Assembly: GCA_964016885.1 (NCBI GenBank)
Contig: OZ024742.1
Span: 223,820,001-223,884,000 of the forward strand
DNA length: 64,000 nucleotides
Source of the DNA: Eledone cirrhosa
Taxonomy: Eukaryota
Direction of reading: 5' to 3'
Below the pieces are notes generated by a model. That model was not told where the DNA came from. It was given only the letters and a program-made list of their open reading frames with translations, and made no database searches. Positions 50,515-61,672 of this stretch are shown here, in pieces (within the stretch, counting starts at the first letter, position 1; the number at the start of each line of letters is the position of its first letter). Position numbers and translations under genes: made by a program.

Positions 50515-51150
50515 GGTGGCCGTATCGCCAAGAGGCAGTTTCTGCTACAGCAGAAGGAGGCTTGGTGTGATACCGGATGGCAGGAGGACCCCTTGTTTCA
50601 ATCAAGGGGTCAAAGATGTCATCCAAGCAAAGAAGAAGGCCTACAAAGCTGTGACCTGTTCTCTAGTAGAACAGCTTTGCTATCTTCAATTCGGTATTTG
50701 TGCCAACCCTTACCTATAGTAATGAATCTTGGGTAATGACCAAAAGAATACGATTGCGAATACAAGCGGTCAAAATGGGGTACTTCTGAAGGGTCTTTGG
50801 AGTAATGTTACTCGATAGCATTCGTAGCTTCAAGATCAGAGAGTCACTCAAGGTAGAGCTGCTACTTCTCTGAATTGAGAGATCACAACTCCAATACTAT
50901 GGCTTTTGGTTAGAATGTCTCAGGAAAGAATCGCTGGACAGATTTTATGGGCAAAACCAACTGGCAGGAGACCTAGGGGTAGACCCCAAGCAAGATGCTT
51001 GGATAACATTCATGAGCTTGGCTGGTCTCGCTTGGGGATCCAGCTGAATAAATTGGAAATGGTTGCTTCTGACAGGACCCACTGGAATGAGTGTTTGAGG
51101 ACTCTGCCCCCATGACCCTCTCAGGAGTAAGTGGGCACAGAAGATTAATT
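50515..51150 (+). mobile_element. RTE LINE family B, internally deleted copy
   Basis: VVRMSQERI...KPTGRRPRGRP...LRTLPP. Confidence 0.8.
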
Positions 51151-51169
51151 TCTCATTTACTATCAAAAT

Positions 51170-51600
51170 TGAGTGGCATGTGTGATGCTGCATGGCATTG
51201 AGACTTTGGCAATGAATGCAAAGAATATACGAAAGCTAGAGAGAAATTAGACAAGCATCTTTGATTGATATGAAATGTTAATGTGTGTGAATGACAAAGT
51301 ATGGACGAGGTGAGAGAAAAACTGTGTATAAGAGGAATCAGATGTTGTGTGCAAGAGAGAAGATGGCACTGATACGGACCTGTGATGATTGCTGGGTGAG
51401 GTAGTGCCAAGAAATCCCAGTGGAAGGAAGCCACAGTAGACAAAGACTAAGACTAAGACCTGGATGGAAGTGGTGAGAGCTAATTTTGTATTGCTGAAGC
51501 TCACAGAGGAGATCATGAAGAATGGAAACAAGTGGAAGGATGCTGTGCTAGAAAAAAAACCTGTCTAATCCATATAAGCATGAAAAAGCAGGCATAAAAT
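51170..51600 (+). mobile_element. Degraded RTE family A 3' fragment
   Basis: gtgatgctgcatggc..gagact; gatgctgtgctagaa; tail ccatataagcatgaaaaagcagg. Confidence 0.7.
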
Positions 51601-51727
51601 GTTGTTGTTGTTGTTGTCGTCGTTGCTGTTGTTGATGTTGATGATGATATAGATAAGATGTTTCTACTAAAGACCAGTGAAAACATTATTAAACTTAGTA
51701 CTCTATACTTAAGAAAAGTAAAGAGAT

Positions 51728-51925
51728 TGAGGGTTGGCTGAAAAGTTCATAGGTTGACCAAGATACTCTCATGGAATGATCAAATGAGGTTTATTTTTCA
51801 ACATTGTCCCTGGAAAGAAACAATGCAGTTATTAATAAGAAGAGTTAAAATTAATGCTTGCAAGATTTCACAGCTCTAGCATCGCTCCTTCATAGTCAGC
51901 CTATGAACTTTTCAGCCAAATCTTG
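51728..51925. mobile_element. Mariner-derived MITE
   Basis: TIR core TTGGCTGAAAAGTTCATAGG / CCTATGAACTTTTCAGCCAA. Confidence 0.75.
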
Positions 51926-52479
51926 TAGATATTATTATTGGGGTGATGATTGTGGTGATGATGATGATGTAAGTAACAAAATACCAGAGTATTAGCTATG
52001 AATTAATTAAATAACATTAGTCAATACTAGATTGTCGTAGTAATCAGTGATATGTTAATTAATGGGTAGTAATTAACAATCATTGATATTTCTCTTCAAA
52101 GAAATACCATCTCTTTTTATGTAAACATCATATTTTTTCTCTCTCGTGTTTTTAATCTCCAAGATGACATGTCACTTTAGATATAGTTATGTATTTATGA
52201 CACTCTAAACACTGTAGCTCAATCATATGGTATTTCATACATATATTTTTATATCATCATTATCATCACTGTTTAATGTCTATTTTCCATACTTGCATGA
52301 GTTGTCACGTTATGTGGCTAGACAGGTCAAGTGATCATGCCTTGTTCATATGAATGTTTTATGGCTTGGTTTTCTACAGCTGGATACCCTTCAAAACACC
52401 AACTATACATGTATATATTATATATATATGTGTATGTATGTATGTGTGTGCATATATATATATATATATATGCATACAT

Positions 52480-52517
<38 letters not shown>

Positions 52518-52518
52518 T

Positions 52519-52552
<34 letters not shown>

Positions 52553-52626
52553 TTACATATATATATATATACATATATATATATACACATATATTGTACA
52601 GCTGACCACTTTATTCTTCACTCATT

Positions 52627-52672
<46 letters not shown>

Positions 52673-53150
52673 ATAATACACCTCTCAAAGACAATGGCAC
52701 ACGACCGTGACTTCTGGCGTCACGCAGTAATACAGAGTACACGACCTCCCATGGGTACATGCTGAAGCATATAAACAATATGCCCCCACACACCCCACCG
52801 CAAGGTGGTCGTGGAGGTGCCACGGCAAAAAAGCACCCAGCCCACACTGTAAAGTGGACGTGTAGGCGCCACGAAAAAGCACCCAGCACTCACTGTAAAT
52901 GAGGTTGGTGTTAGGAAGGGCATCCAGCTGTAGAAATCAAGCCAGATCAGTTCCTGTATGAGCAAGGCATGGTCAGCCGACCAGACACTGCCCACAACAG
53001 GACAATCCGTCTAACCCATGCTAGCGTAGAAGAACGGACGTAAAACGGTGATGATGATGATAGTAATAATAATAAATGTGAAGACTAAAATCTGAAGAGG
53101 GCTCGATAAGGATAATATACATATAAATATATATAAAAACCATAGAGCAA

Positions 53151-53305
53151 ATATTTATTAAAATAACAGATTAAAGTTTAAGCAAAGAATCGCTGCTTTT
53201 CACCCTTAACGGGATCTTCTGAAACTCAGATCTTCAGAAGATCCCGTTAAGGGTGAAAAGCAGTGATTCTTTGCTTAAACTTTAATCTCTTATTTTAATA
53301 AATAT
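53151..53305. repeat. Near-perfect palindrome (73-bp arms, 9-nt loop) next to (TA)n
   Basis: 53151-53223 vs 53233-53305, two differences; part of one arm recurs at 57758-57815. Confidence 0.92.
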
Positions 53306-54001
53306 ATATATATACGTACATTTATATACCATCCATTTAAACACACTAGTGTGGGTTAGACGAGTTGTCCTGTAGTCAGAAATGCCAGGTCAGGTGACCA
53401 TGTCTTGCTCATACAGAACTGATTTTGGCTTGGCTTTCTGCAGCTAGTTGCCCTTCCTAACATCAACTGCATTACAGCATGTAGTGGGAGCTCTTTTCAT
53501 GGCACGACTAATATTACCTTACAAAGTGGAGTGGGTGGTTTTTGTTGTGGCTCCAGTATGACCAACTTATAGAGTAGATAGAATGCATTGTTGTCATGGC
53601 ACCCAGGACATAGAAACTGTGCGGTATCATTTTACATCTACTTTTTATGCTGGCACGAGTTGGATGGGTTGTCATGGTCCATATTTCACATGATTTCTAC
53701 AGCAGGATGTACTGGGTATGTTTTTTTCATGGCATCATCACAATCACTTTACAGAGTGTACTGGGTGCATTTTTTCATGGCACCAACACTAATTCTTTAT
53801 ATGGTGAACTGGATGCATTTTATTGTGACACCAGCACTAGAGAGGTTATAACATGTCATCCAGACAGAAGGGTCATCTCTAAACCTATATTATCCCCATT
53901 TTATTGGCAACACTGTAGCCTCCAGTCTTTCACTACATTTATTTTTTGTGTCGCAGTGTTTGTACAGGTGGGTGAGTCTTTTGCATATATTTTATACATG
54001 T

Positions 54002-55017
54002 TCTTATAGCAGAATCAGTAGAAGAGCTAGAGAATAAATTCTGGCTATGGAAACAGCAGTTGGAAGCAAGAGGACTGAGAGTGAACCTAGCTAAGACAAA
54101 AGTGTTGATGAGTAGAAAAGAGGACAAAACTCTGATTCCGTCAGGGAAATGGCCATGTTCGATATGCAGAAAAGGAACTGGCATAAATTCTATAAAATGT
54201 ACACAATGTAGATCCTGGGTACACAAGAGATGTAGCGGGATAGAGGCAAACTAACAGGTAGGGAGAAATACGTATGCAGTAGATGTACAGGGAAATTAGA
54301 TAGACACATTTTTAGACACATAGATAGACACATTAGACACATAGATAGACTCATTGATAGACACATTTTTCAAATGCAGGCGGGTGCTATAGAAGTGGTG
54401 GATAGCTTCCGGTACCTAGGAGATCAGATTAACATGGGAGGGAGGTGTTCCGAGGCCATAGTATCTAGAATAAGGACGGGTTGGAAGAAGTTTAGGAAGC
54501 TGCTTCCTCTGCTGACGAAGAAGGCTTTCTCCCTGCGTACGAAAGGCCGGTTATATGATGCCTGTGTGAGGAGTGTGATGCTGCATGGTAGTGAGACATG
54601 GGCAGCAACTGCAGAGGATATGCGACAGCTGGAGAGAAATGAGGCAAGCATGCTCCGTTGGATGTGCAATGTCAATGTACATGAACGACCCAGCATGAAT
54701 GTGTTGAGAGAGAAACTGTGTCTGAGAGGGATAGAATGTATTGTGCGAGAGAGGAGACTGAGGTGGTATGGACATGTGATGCGCATGGAGGATGACCGAT
54801 GGGTGAAGAAGTGCCAGGAAACGCCAGTTGAAGGAAGACGTGGTAGAGGTAGACCACGAAAAACATGGGCGGAGGTGGTGAGAACAGACCTCAGATCGCT
54901 GAAGCTCACGGTGGAGATGACGAAGGACCGTGACAAGTGGAGAGATGCTGTGCTGAATAAGACCCGTCCTACCCTTGCAAGTAGGGAAAAGCGGACGTAA
55001 AATGATGATGATGATGA
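54002..55017 (+). mobile_element. RTE LINE family A 3' portion with Cys-rich (PHD-like) insert
   Basis: ORFs 54060-54254 (KWPCSICRKG..CTQC..WVHKRC) and 54374-55000 (FRYLG, YDACVRSVMLHGSETW, LRWYGHVMR, RGRPRKTW); (GAT)n tail. Confidence 0.92.
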
Positions 55018-55269
55018 TATAGTAGTTCAGATATACAGTATTTAATATGTATTATATATTTAATATATATATATGTGCGTGTATATGTAAGGAAAATAAT
55101 AATTAAAAAAGGGTTCGTAAAGTGCACCTGGTATATTATAAAAAAGATATTTATACCATTGATGTTAGCAAAGCCTGCTTTCTTTGTTTTTGATTTTCAA
55201 AACATTTGTTTTTTCGTTAAAACTCCTGCATGTTGATTTTCGACCACATTGGTCGAAAATCAGCATGCT

Positions 55270-55915
55270 GAAAAGAAAGAAGCCTGGAAATGTTACTATG
55301 AGAGACTGATGAATATAGAGAACAAATGGGAAGAAGAGAATCTACCCCCAACCCACCCAACAGATGGACCAACCATTGAAGTTAACAGTTATAGGGTTAA
55401 AGAAGCAATCAAAGAGATGAAAAATGGTTAAACTGCAGGAGAATCAGAGATAGCTGCTGAAATGCTAAAAGCATCAGGACAAGTAGAAGTAAAACTAGTA
55501 ACTAGCATAGTCAATCAGGTAATACAGGATGTTGTCATACCCAATGACTGTCACAGCCGTACAATCATAAAGGAGCAACGATAGAAGAATAAAACTAATG
55601 GACCAAGTTATCAAAGTGATGGAAAGAGTTATAATGCAACTAATTATAGAAAGAGTCAAATTAGACGAGATACAGTTTGGTTTCATGTCTGGAAAAAGTA
55701 CTACAGATGCCCTCTTTTTAGTGAGGCAACTACAAGAGAAGTTCCTAGCCAAAAATAAGCCACTATACCTAGCTTTTGTTGATCTAGAAAAAGCATTTAA
55801 CAGAGAACCCTGATCTATTATCTGATGGTCCTTAAGGAAATTAGGTGTAGAAGAATGGTTGGTGAGAGCAGTGCAAGCCATGTACAGGGGAGCTGTCAGC
55901 AAAGTGAGAGTAGCC
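55270..55915 (+). mobile_element. RTE family A RT N-terminal fragment
   Basis: QFGFMSGKSTTDALFLVRQLQEK..YLAFVDLEKAF with stops and frameshifts. Confidence 0.88.
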
Positions 55916-55949
55916 ATTATGGAAAAATGGGCATAAAAATTATCATGAT

Positions 55950-56200
55950 ATATATATGCAAAAGGGAAACAGAAATAACAAAGCAAATGACACAGTACAA
56001 TGAAGAAATATATTATTAGTTTTAAGTTCGATATCGTTAGAAAAGACTCTTAACGTTTCGGATGCTAGTCTTTTATCAGAAAATAGAATGAGAAATTAAA
56101 GAAAAAAATAGAAAGATAGAGGAGAGTGAGCAGTGGCAAAAACGGGAAAAAAAATTTCTTTGAGAAAAAACTAGTTTATTCAAGGCACCATCTCTTGATA
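55950..56200 (-). mobile_element. Second copy of the hammerhead-like solo repeat
   Basis: Minus strand CUGAUAA-A-AGACUAGCAUCC-GAAACGUU-AAGA at 56048-56079; flanks match 27300-27512. Confidence 0.6.
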
Positions 56201-56207
56201 TATATAA

Positions 56208-56295
<88 letters not shown>

Positions 56296-56519
56296 GAAAA
56301 AATAATACACAAGAGAGAGTGTGTGTTAGTTTATAGATTCCATACACTGGTGGTTTTCTCTGTACATTGATAAACAAACACTCTCTCTCGTGTATTATGT
56401 TTTCTATATATTATATTTGAAGAGCCCAGGATTCTCTTTCCTTTGAGCACATAAATTACAGGGACCAACGTGATTTTTTGACTCCACTAATGTATTTTGA
56501 TATATATATAAACACACAC

Positions 56520-56550
<31 letters not shown>

Positions 56551-56588
56551 TAACAACCTAGACATTGTAGTTTAGATACATGTAATTT

Positions 56589-57277
56589 TGTATATATATA
56601 AAGACGAAGTTTTCTGTATGTGTGTGTGGACAATTTTTAATGAGAGCTCATATATTCTAAACCATTCATGCGATTTCTTTGACATTTTTTACAGAGCTTC
56701 TCCTTGCACAAAACCTGTACATGATCTACAAAGGCTTTCAAAAATCGATATTGGGGCCTTTGGAGACATTAAACAAGTTTTGGTTATTTGTGTGAATTTT
56801 CGTGATTAAGTAAGACAAGAGTTATCTTTCGTAATTCGGCTCATTCGGATTTTAATTTACTCTTTGTACTTGAAACAAAAGGTATGCTTCCTTGAGACTA
56901 ACAATATCATTTTGTATATTTCACAACCAGCAATTTTTAACAGATTACTAAGTTAAGTTATAGATTTGTCATTGTATAATTTATCGTTTCAAGCTTGATG
57001 TTCATACATTAAGTGATGTCATAACTTTTACAATATTATGCTTTGTACATAATAGTGTCTATTATTCACTTCACTTCTCTATTACATGATGCGCTTTTAC
57101 TGTTGTCAAAAAAGACACCGAGCTCACATATTAATTATTTCGCTGGAATAGTGCCTAAGGTTTTCAATGTTTACATAAAGCACGTTTTTCTTCTATGTAT
57201 TCAAATTTACTTTGTTTAGTTTAATAAGCTACATCGAAAGCTACTTGAACCGTCCAAAGGACGGGTAGTTTAGCTAG
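56589..57277 (+). mobile_element. Non-autonomous Helitron
   Basis: 5' TGTATATATATAAAG (TC-like); 3' hairpin CCGTCC-AAA-GGACGG at 57250-57264 then CTAG|T. Confidence 0.65.
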
Positions 57278-57410
57278 TATATATATATAACAGCCCAGAA
57301 AATGGCATTCTGATAGAGTTACTTTATCTGATATCCTGTTCAGTGTGCATGACGTGTATATTATCTGTGCATCATGTGTGCATATCAATTCAACTGTCAC
57401 GTGATGAATA

Positions 57411-57454
<44 letters not shown>

Positions 57455-57530
57455 TTAGGGTAAATATTGATGCAATTCAAATCAAGCACTCAACGGACTT
57501 TTTCCATATAGGATTGACGGAGTAAATATC

Positions 57531-57675
57531 GAATAAGTAAAAGCTAAGTAGTTTCAGATGTTCAAGTCCTTTAATAATAATGGTGTGATATATGTGGCCA
57601 GTGTCGTCATTGAAATATATATCACAGCATTATTATTAAAGGACTTGAACATCTGAAACTACTTCGCTTTTACTT

Positions 57676-57679
<4 letters not shown>
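57531..57679. repeat. Inverted repeat, 63-bp arms, 23-nt loop, between (TA)n tracts
   Basis: 57531-57593 vs 57617-57679, two mismatches. Confidence 0.9.
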
Positions 57680-57746
<67 letters not shown>

Positions 57747-57911
57747 ATAATAATAAAGTTAAGGGTGAAAGCAGCGATTCTTTGCTTAAACTTTAATCTG
57801 TTATTTTAATAAATATATATATATATGCAAAAGTTTTATTTAAAATTGTTGGGTTACAACAAGTAAATATTTTATAACTGATATAAAGCACTCGACAAGT
57901 TTTTGGAGTAG

Positions 57912-58418
57912 ATATACGATATTAAACAAATGGAAACTATATTTATAAAACCATATTTATTTCATTATACATATTTCGGGGATACCATATTAAAAATATG
58001 GCATGCCTTAACACTATAACTAAATAATTACCGTACTCCCTCGCTCTTAAACCTCTCAATTTGTATGATGAATTATTATTATTCATCTGTTGCCTTCGGT
58101 TGCCTCTCTTTTTTCACCTCCTCCCTATTTCTCTCTATTTCTCTCTGTTTTTCTTTAAATACATTTCTTCTTTTTCTCCGTCTTTCTTTATAACTGTGCT
58201 TAACACTAAATATTTATAAACACTTCACTACCAAACCAACTTCCTACATAATGGTCGCTCATATTTATGGTACGTCAAAATTATTTATAAAACTGTTTAT
58301 ATATTGTATTTTATCTGACGAAGGCATGCCATATTTTTAATATGGTATCTCCGATATATGTATAATGAAATAAATATGGTTTTATAAATATAGTTTCCAT
58401 TTGTTTAATATCGTATAT
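57912..58418 (+). mobile_element. Probable truncated PLE: 98-bp inverted repeats with hammerhead-like core
   Basis: 57912-58009 vs 58321-58418, two mismatches; CTGACGAAGG at 58315 and CCGAAA retained in the left arm. Confidence 0.65.
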
Positions 58419-58967
58419 ATATATATATATGAATACATACATGTCAAAACATAGACCATCAACATGTGTGTGTGTGCATGTAAAAAGCAATATATGTACA
58501 ACAAATTCATATAATATACAACTCATATTCACAAATATAGCTTTTGTATGTGTATGTATGAATCTGTAAATAAAGCCAATCAACTTCATGTTCCATTTTA
58601 CCTGAGTAACCATGAACCAGTGCTACTTCTAGTTTATGTTTTTTGTAATTGCTTCTAGGAAGGCCATCAAGCTGTGAAAGCAGCTGCTCTAACAGATTAA
58701 CCCTTCCGGGTTATATAAGCATGGCAACCATGTCTCCTGTGTTATCCTCTAAGGTAACACTTTCTCCATTCTGTCCACTGGGACCTTGAGGCAGCCTGCA
58801 CCTGGAGTTCAGCACACCAGATAAAAATCTCCCACACAGATTGAGCTGATATCATTGGGGTAGTGGTGGTATAGGTTAGTGATATATACATCTGTTGATA
58901 CACACAAACACATACATTATGAATAACCAACATAAATATAAACAGCATGGTAAAATTGTGTTTAAAA

Positions 58968-59287
58968 CAGGGGTTCTCAACCTGGTCCATGTGGACCACT
59001 AGTGGCCCACAGGAAAATTCAGGTGGTCCACAGAAAATTTTCAATAGCAAATTCTTTTTTGATCCATGCATTCTTATTCTTCGCATAAGTACGACTTCAA
59101 CTGTTTATTTGCGTAGATTTTTAGGCACTGCGACATGATAATAGCATTTTCTAATTCATTGAAGAAAAAAAACATCTACTGATGCTTATAAGTAGCAGTT
59201 CTATTACAAAAGATTTTAAAGTTTAGGTGGTTCACAGGAAAAAATTACTTATTTTGGTGGTCCACAGCGAAAGGTTGAGAACCCCTG
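58968..59287. mobile_element. hAT (Charlie-like) MITE
   Basis: 16-bp TIR CAGGGGTTCTCAACCT; perfect 8-bp TSD GTTTAAAA. Confidence 0.92.
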
Positions 59288-59609
59288 GTTTAAAACACAG
59301 TAAACCACAGCATAACAACATTAAAGATTAATGGTCTTTCCCAACTCTAGTGGCTCATCAGACCAGAGCATAACTTGGTTTCATTGGCATTAAGTGATAG
59401 GCCATCACCAGTCCATAAAAGAGTCAACCCCAGCAGCCCTTGGTACTCATTTTCGGCTGAGTTGACTGGAGCAACAGGAAATGAAGGGTTTTACTCAAGA
59501 TCATGACGCACTACCTAGTACAAAGTTCAAATCCACAACATTGCAAATTTTAAGTCCAACACCCTAACCACATAGTTACACACCTTCATAGTATATAATT
59601 CTACAGGTT

Positions 59610-60790
59610 GAGAATCCGTTATTTAAAAGTGGTGAAGGCATAGGTAACGTTGGTGTAGGTGCAGGTGAAGGAGTGGCAGATACAGAAAGAACCATTAGTG
59701 CCTGTGAAAGTAGTGAGGTTGGAAATGAAGAGACAGATGTTACAGCGGGGGTGAGAACAGGGTCGGGAGCCAGAGGGACTCCGAGAGGAGGAAGGGCAGG
59801 AACAACATACCAGTAGATCGCAGAGATTAAGAGCACGCTTAAAGGTGGTGATGGGTAGGTTGGGAAAGAAGCTAGAAGTGACCGGGTTAGAAGAGAGGGT
59901 GTGGAAGCAAGGGAGGATATGACGGTAGGGAGGTAGGTGAGGGGGAAAAGAAGGTGGGTGTTAGTGGAAGTGAGAGGGCTATGGTACAGCCAGTTTCATG
60001 GATCAGAGTGGGGGATGGACCTTGAAATTGCAGTCTTGGCTACAGAGCCAATGAAAACGGAAGAATTACGAGTAGGATAGGAGAGTTTGGTGTGGGTGGG
60101 GTGGGAGGAGGTGAAGTTGAAGTAGGAGTGTGTGTCAGGGGGTATATAGAAGATAGAGGAAGTGAGGCAATGTGAGAGTGGTTAATGGAGAAGGAGATGT
60201 CCAGAAATTGAACGGAAGAGTTGGTGACAGTGATAATGAAGTTAAGAACGGGATGGAAAGACTGGATAAAGGAAAGAAAGGAGTTGAACTGTTCATGGAA
60301 GAGAGAAGTGGCGCCAATACAGTCGTCGATGTAACGGGCGTATAACTCAGGAGTAGGTCCAGTATACTGTCAGAAGATTTTAGCTTCAATGTATATGATG
60401 AACAAGTCGGTATAGTTTGGGCCCATTCTAGTTCCAATGGCTATCCCAGAGCCTGCTGGTAATACTCTTCTGAAAAGAACGAACACAGCAAGGCGGATAA
60501 GAGTGGAAGTGCTAGGATAGGGGGTTGGATGTAAATCTAAAAAGTGTTGGAGGCTGCAGAGACTGTCATCGTCAGAGATGATGGTTTCAAGAGAGGTGAT
60601 GTCCCTTTTGGAGAAAAGGTGAGAGGGGCCAAGAGAGAAAAAGGAGTTAGAGAGTCAGAAGGCATGATTTGTATCTTTGATATTGGAAGGGAGTTTGGTG
60701 ACTAGAGAGACGAGGATACTCATCTCCAAGTAGTTGGAGATGGGACAGTTGTAAGAGCAAACAATGGGACGGTCAGTGGGGAAGTAAATG
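59610..60790 (-). mobile_element. Penelope-like retroelement RT remnant (Neptune-like)
   Basis: Frameshifted RPIVC, LPSNIKDT, GIAIGTRMGPNY, ARYIDDC, FHP.LNF, VQFLDI, DTHSY.NF.SSHP. Confidence 0.85.
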
Positions 60791-61163
60791 GTGGAATATA
60801 CTCTCACTACTATCTCCTAAAAAACGCTGCCTAAATACACGACTAGATTTTTTTTCAATCGATGCCCTCATGAAATGAATTTCTTTCTGAAGAGATGGTC
60901 TAGACCAGATTAAATTTTCGAATTATACTCTCTATGAACAGAAGTTACCCCCTTTTTTGTTAGAATTATCTCCCTTGTATATATAAGGTTTACCATAATT
61001 TATCTATTTGAAATTTTTAGTATTCCTTGCCATAGAACTCTCCTATATAATCAAGAATCACTGCAGAAGTACTCCATCACAATATGACAGAATGAATGAA
61101 TTGCCATAATAACCCAATGTAATAAATGTATCTGCATATGTCACTGTTGTAACATTATATATA

Positions 61164-61661
61164 CTAGCAGAAAAACCACCCGAAGGGTGGTTTTCTGCTA
61201 GCATGTGTAGTGTGTATATTGATATTATACGCAAGTATATATGCATGTAGATATGATACATCAAATAAAATCGTAATTGACAATATACACAGAAATTGAA
61301 CAAAGTCTATGTTACACTGTCTTCTGTAATCAGTAAAGTAATCCATGATTCATTAAAAAAAAGACGATATTATATATAAACTGCACTAGGAGAAAATTAG
61401 CGACGGAAATATTTGCGATATTTTTACAAGTGTTATAATATAACGGCCGCTAACCGGAAGTGTTGATATTTTAAAATTTTAAAGAAGTGAATCTTTAAAT
61501 AAGCTATAAAATATATTTAATGAACAGCCACGAAATTTAGCACATAAATTATGTAATATTCATTCATTATTTATTGAAAGTAATCCAACTTATTTTACAA
61601 ACGGGGTAAAAAAATATATTCTGGTCACAGTCCCGCACTCCTTTCTTTATTATAGTTAAGA
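61164..61661 (-). mobile_element. Non-autonomous Helitron with palindromic 3' end
   Basis: Minus strand A|TCTTAACTATAATAAAG ... CCACCCTTCGGGTGG hairpin ... CTAG|T. Confidence 0.7.
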
Positions 61662-61672
61662 TATATATATAT

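Noticed and set aside
53233-53280. Active hammerhead in the 73-bp palindrome
   Set aside because: The core reads CAGAAGA rather than CUGANGA and no stem I can form; at most a truncated relic.
60880-60910. CTGAAGA followed by hairpin TGGTC-TA-GACCA (also CTGAAGAGGGCTC at about 53092 and CTGACGAAG at about 5807)
   Set aside because: Half-motifs only, with no correctly placed GAAA, stem III or stem I.
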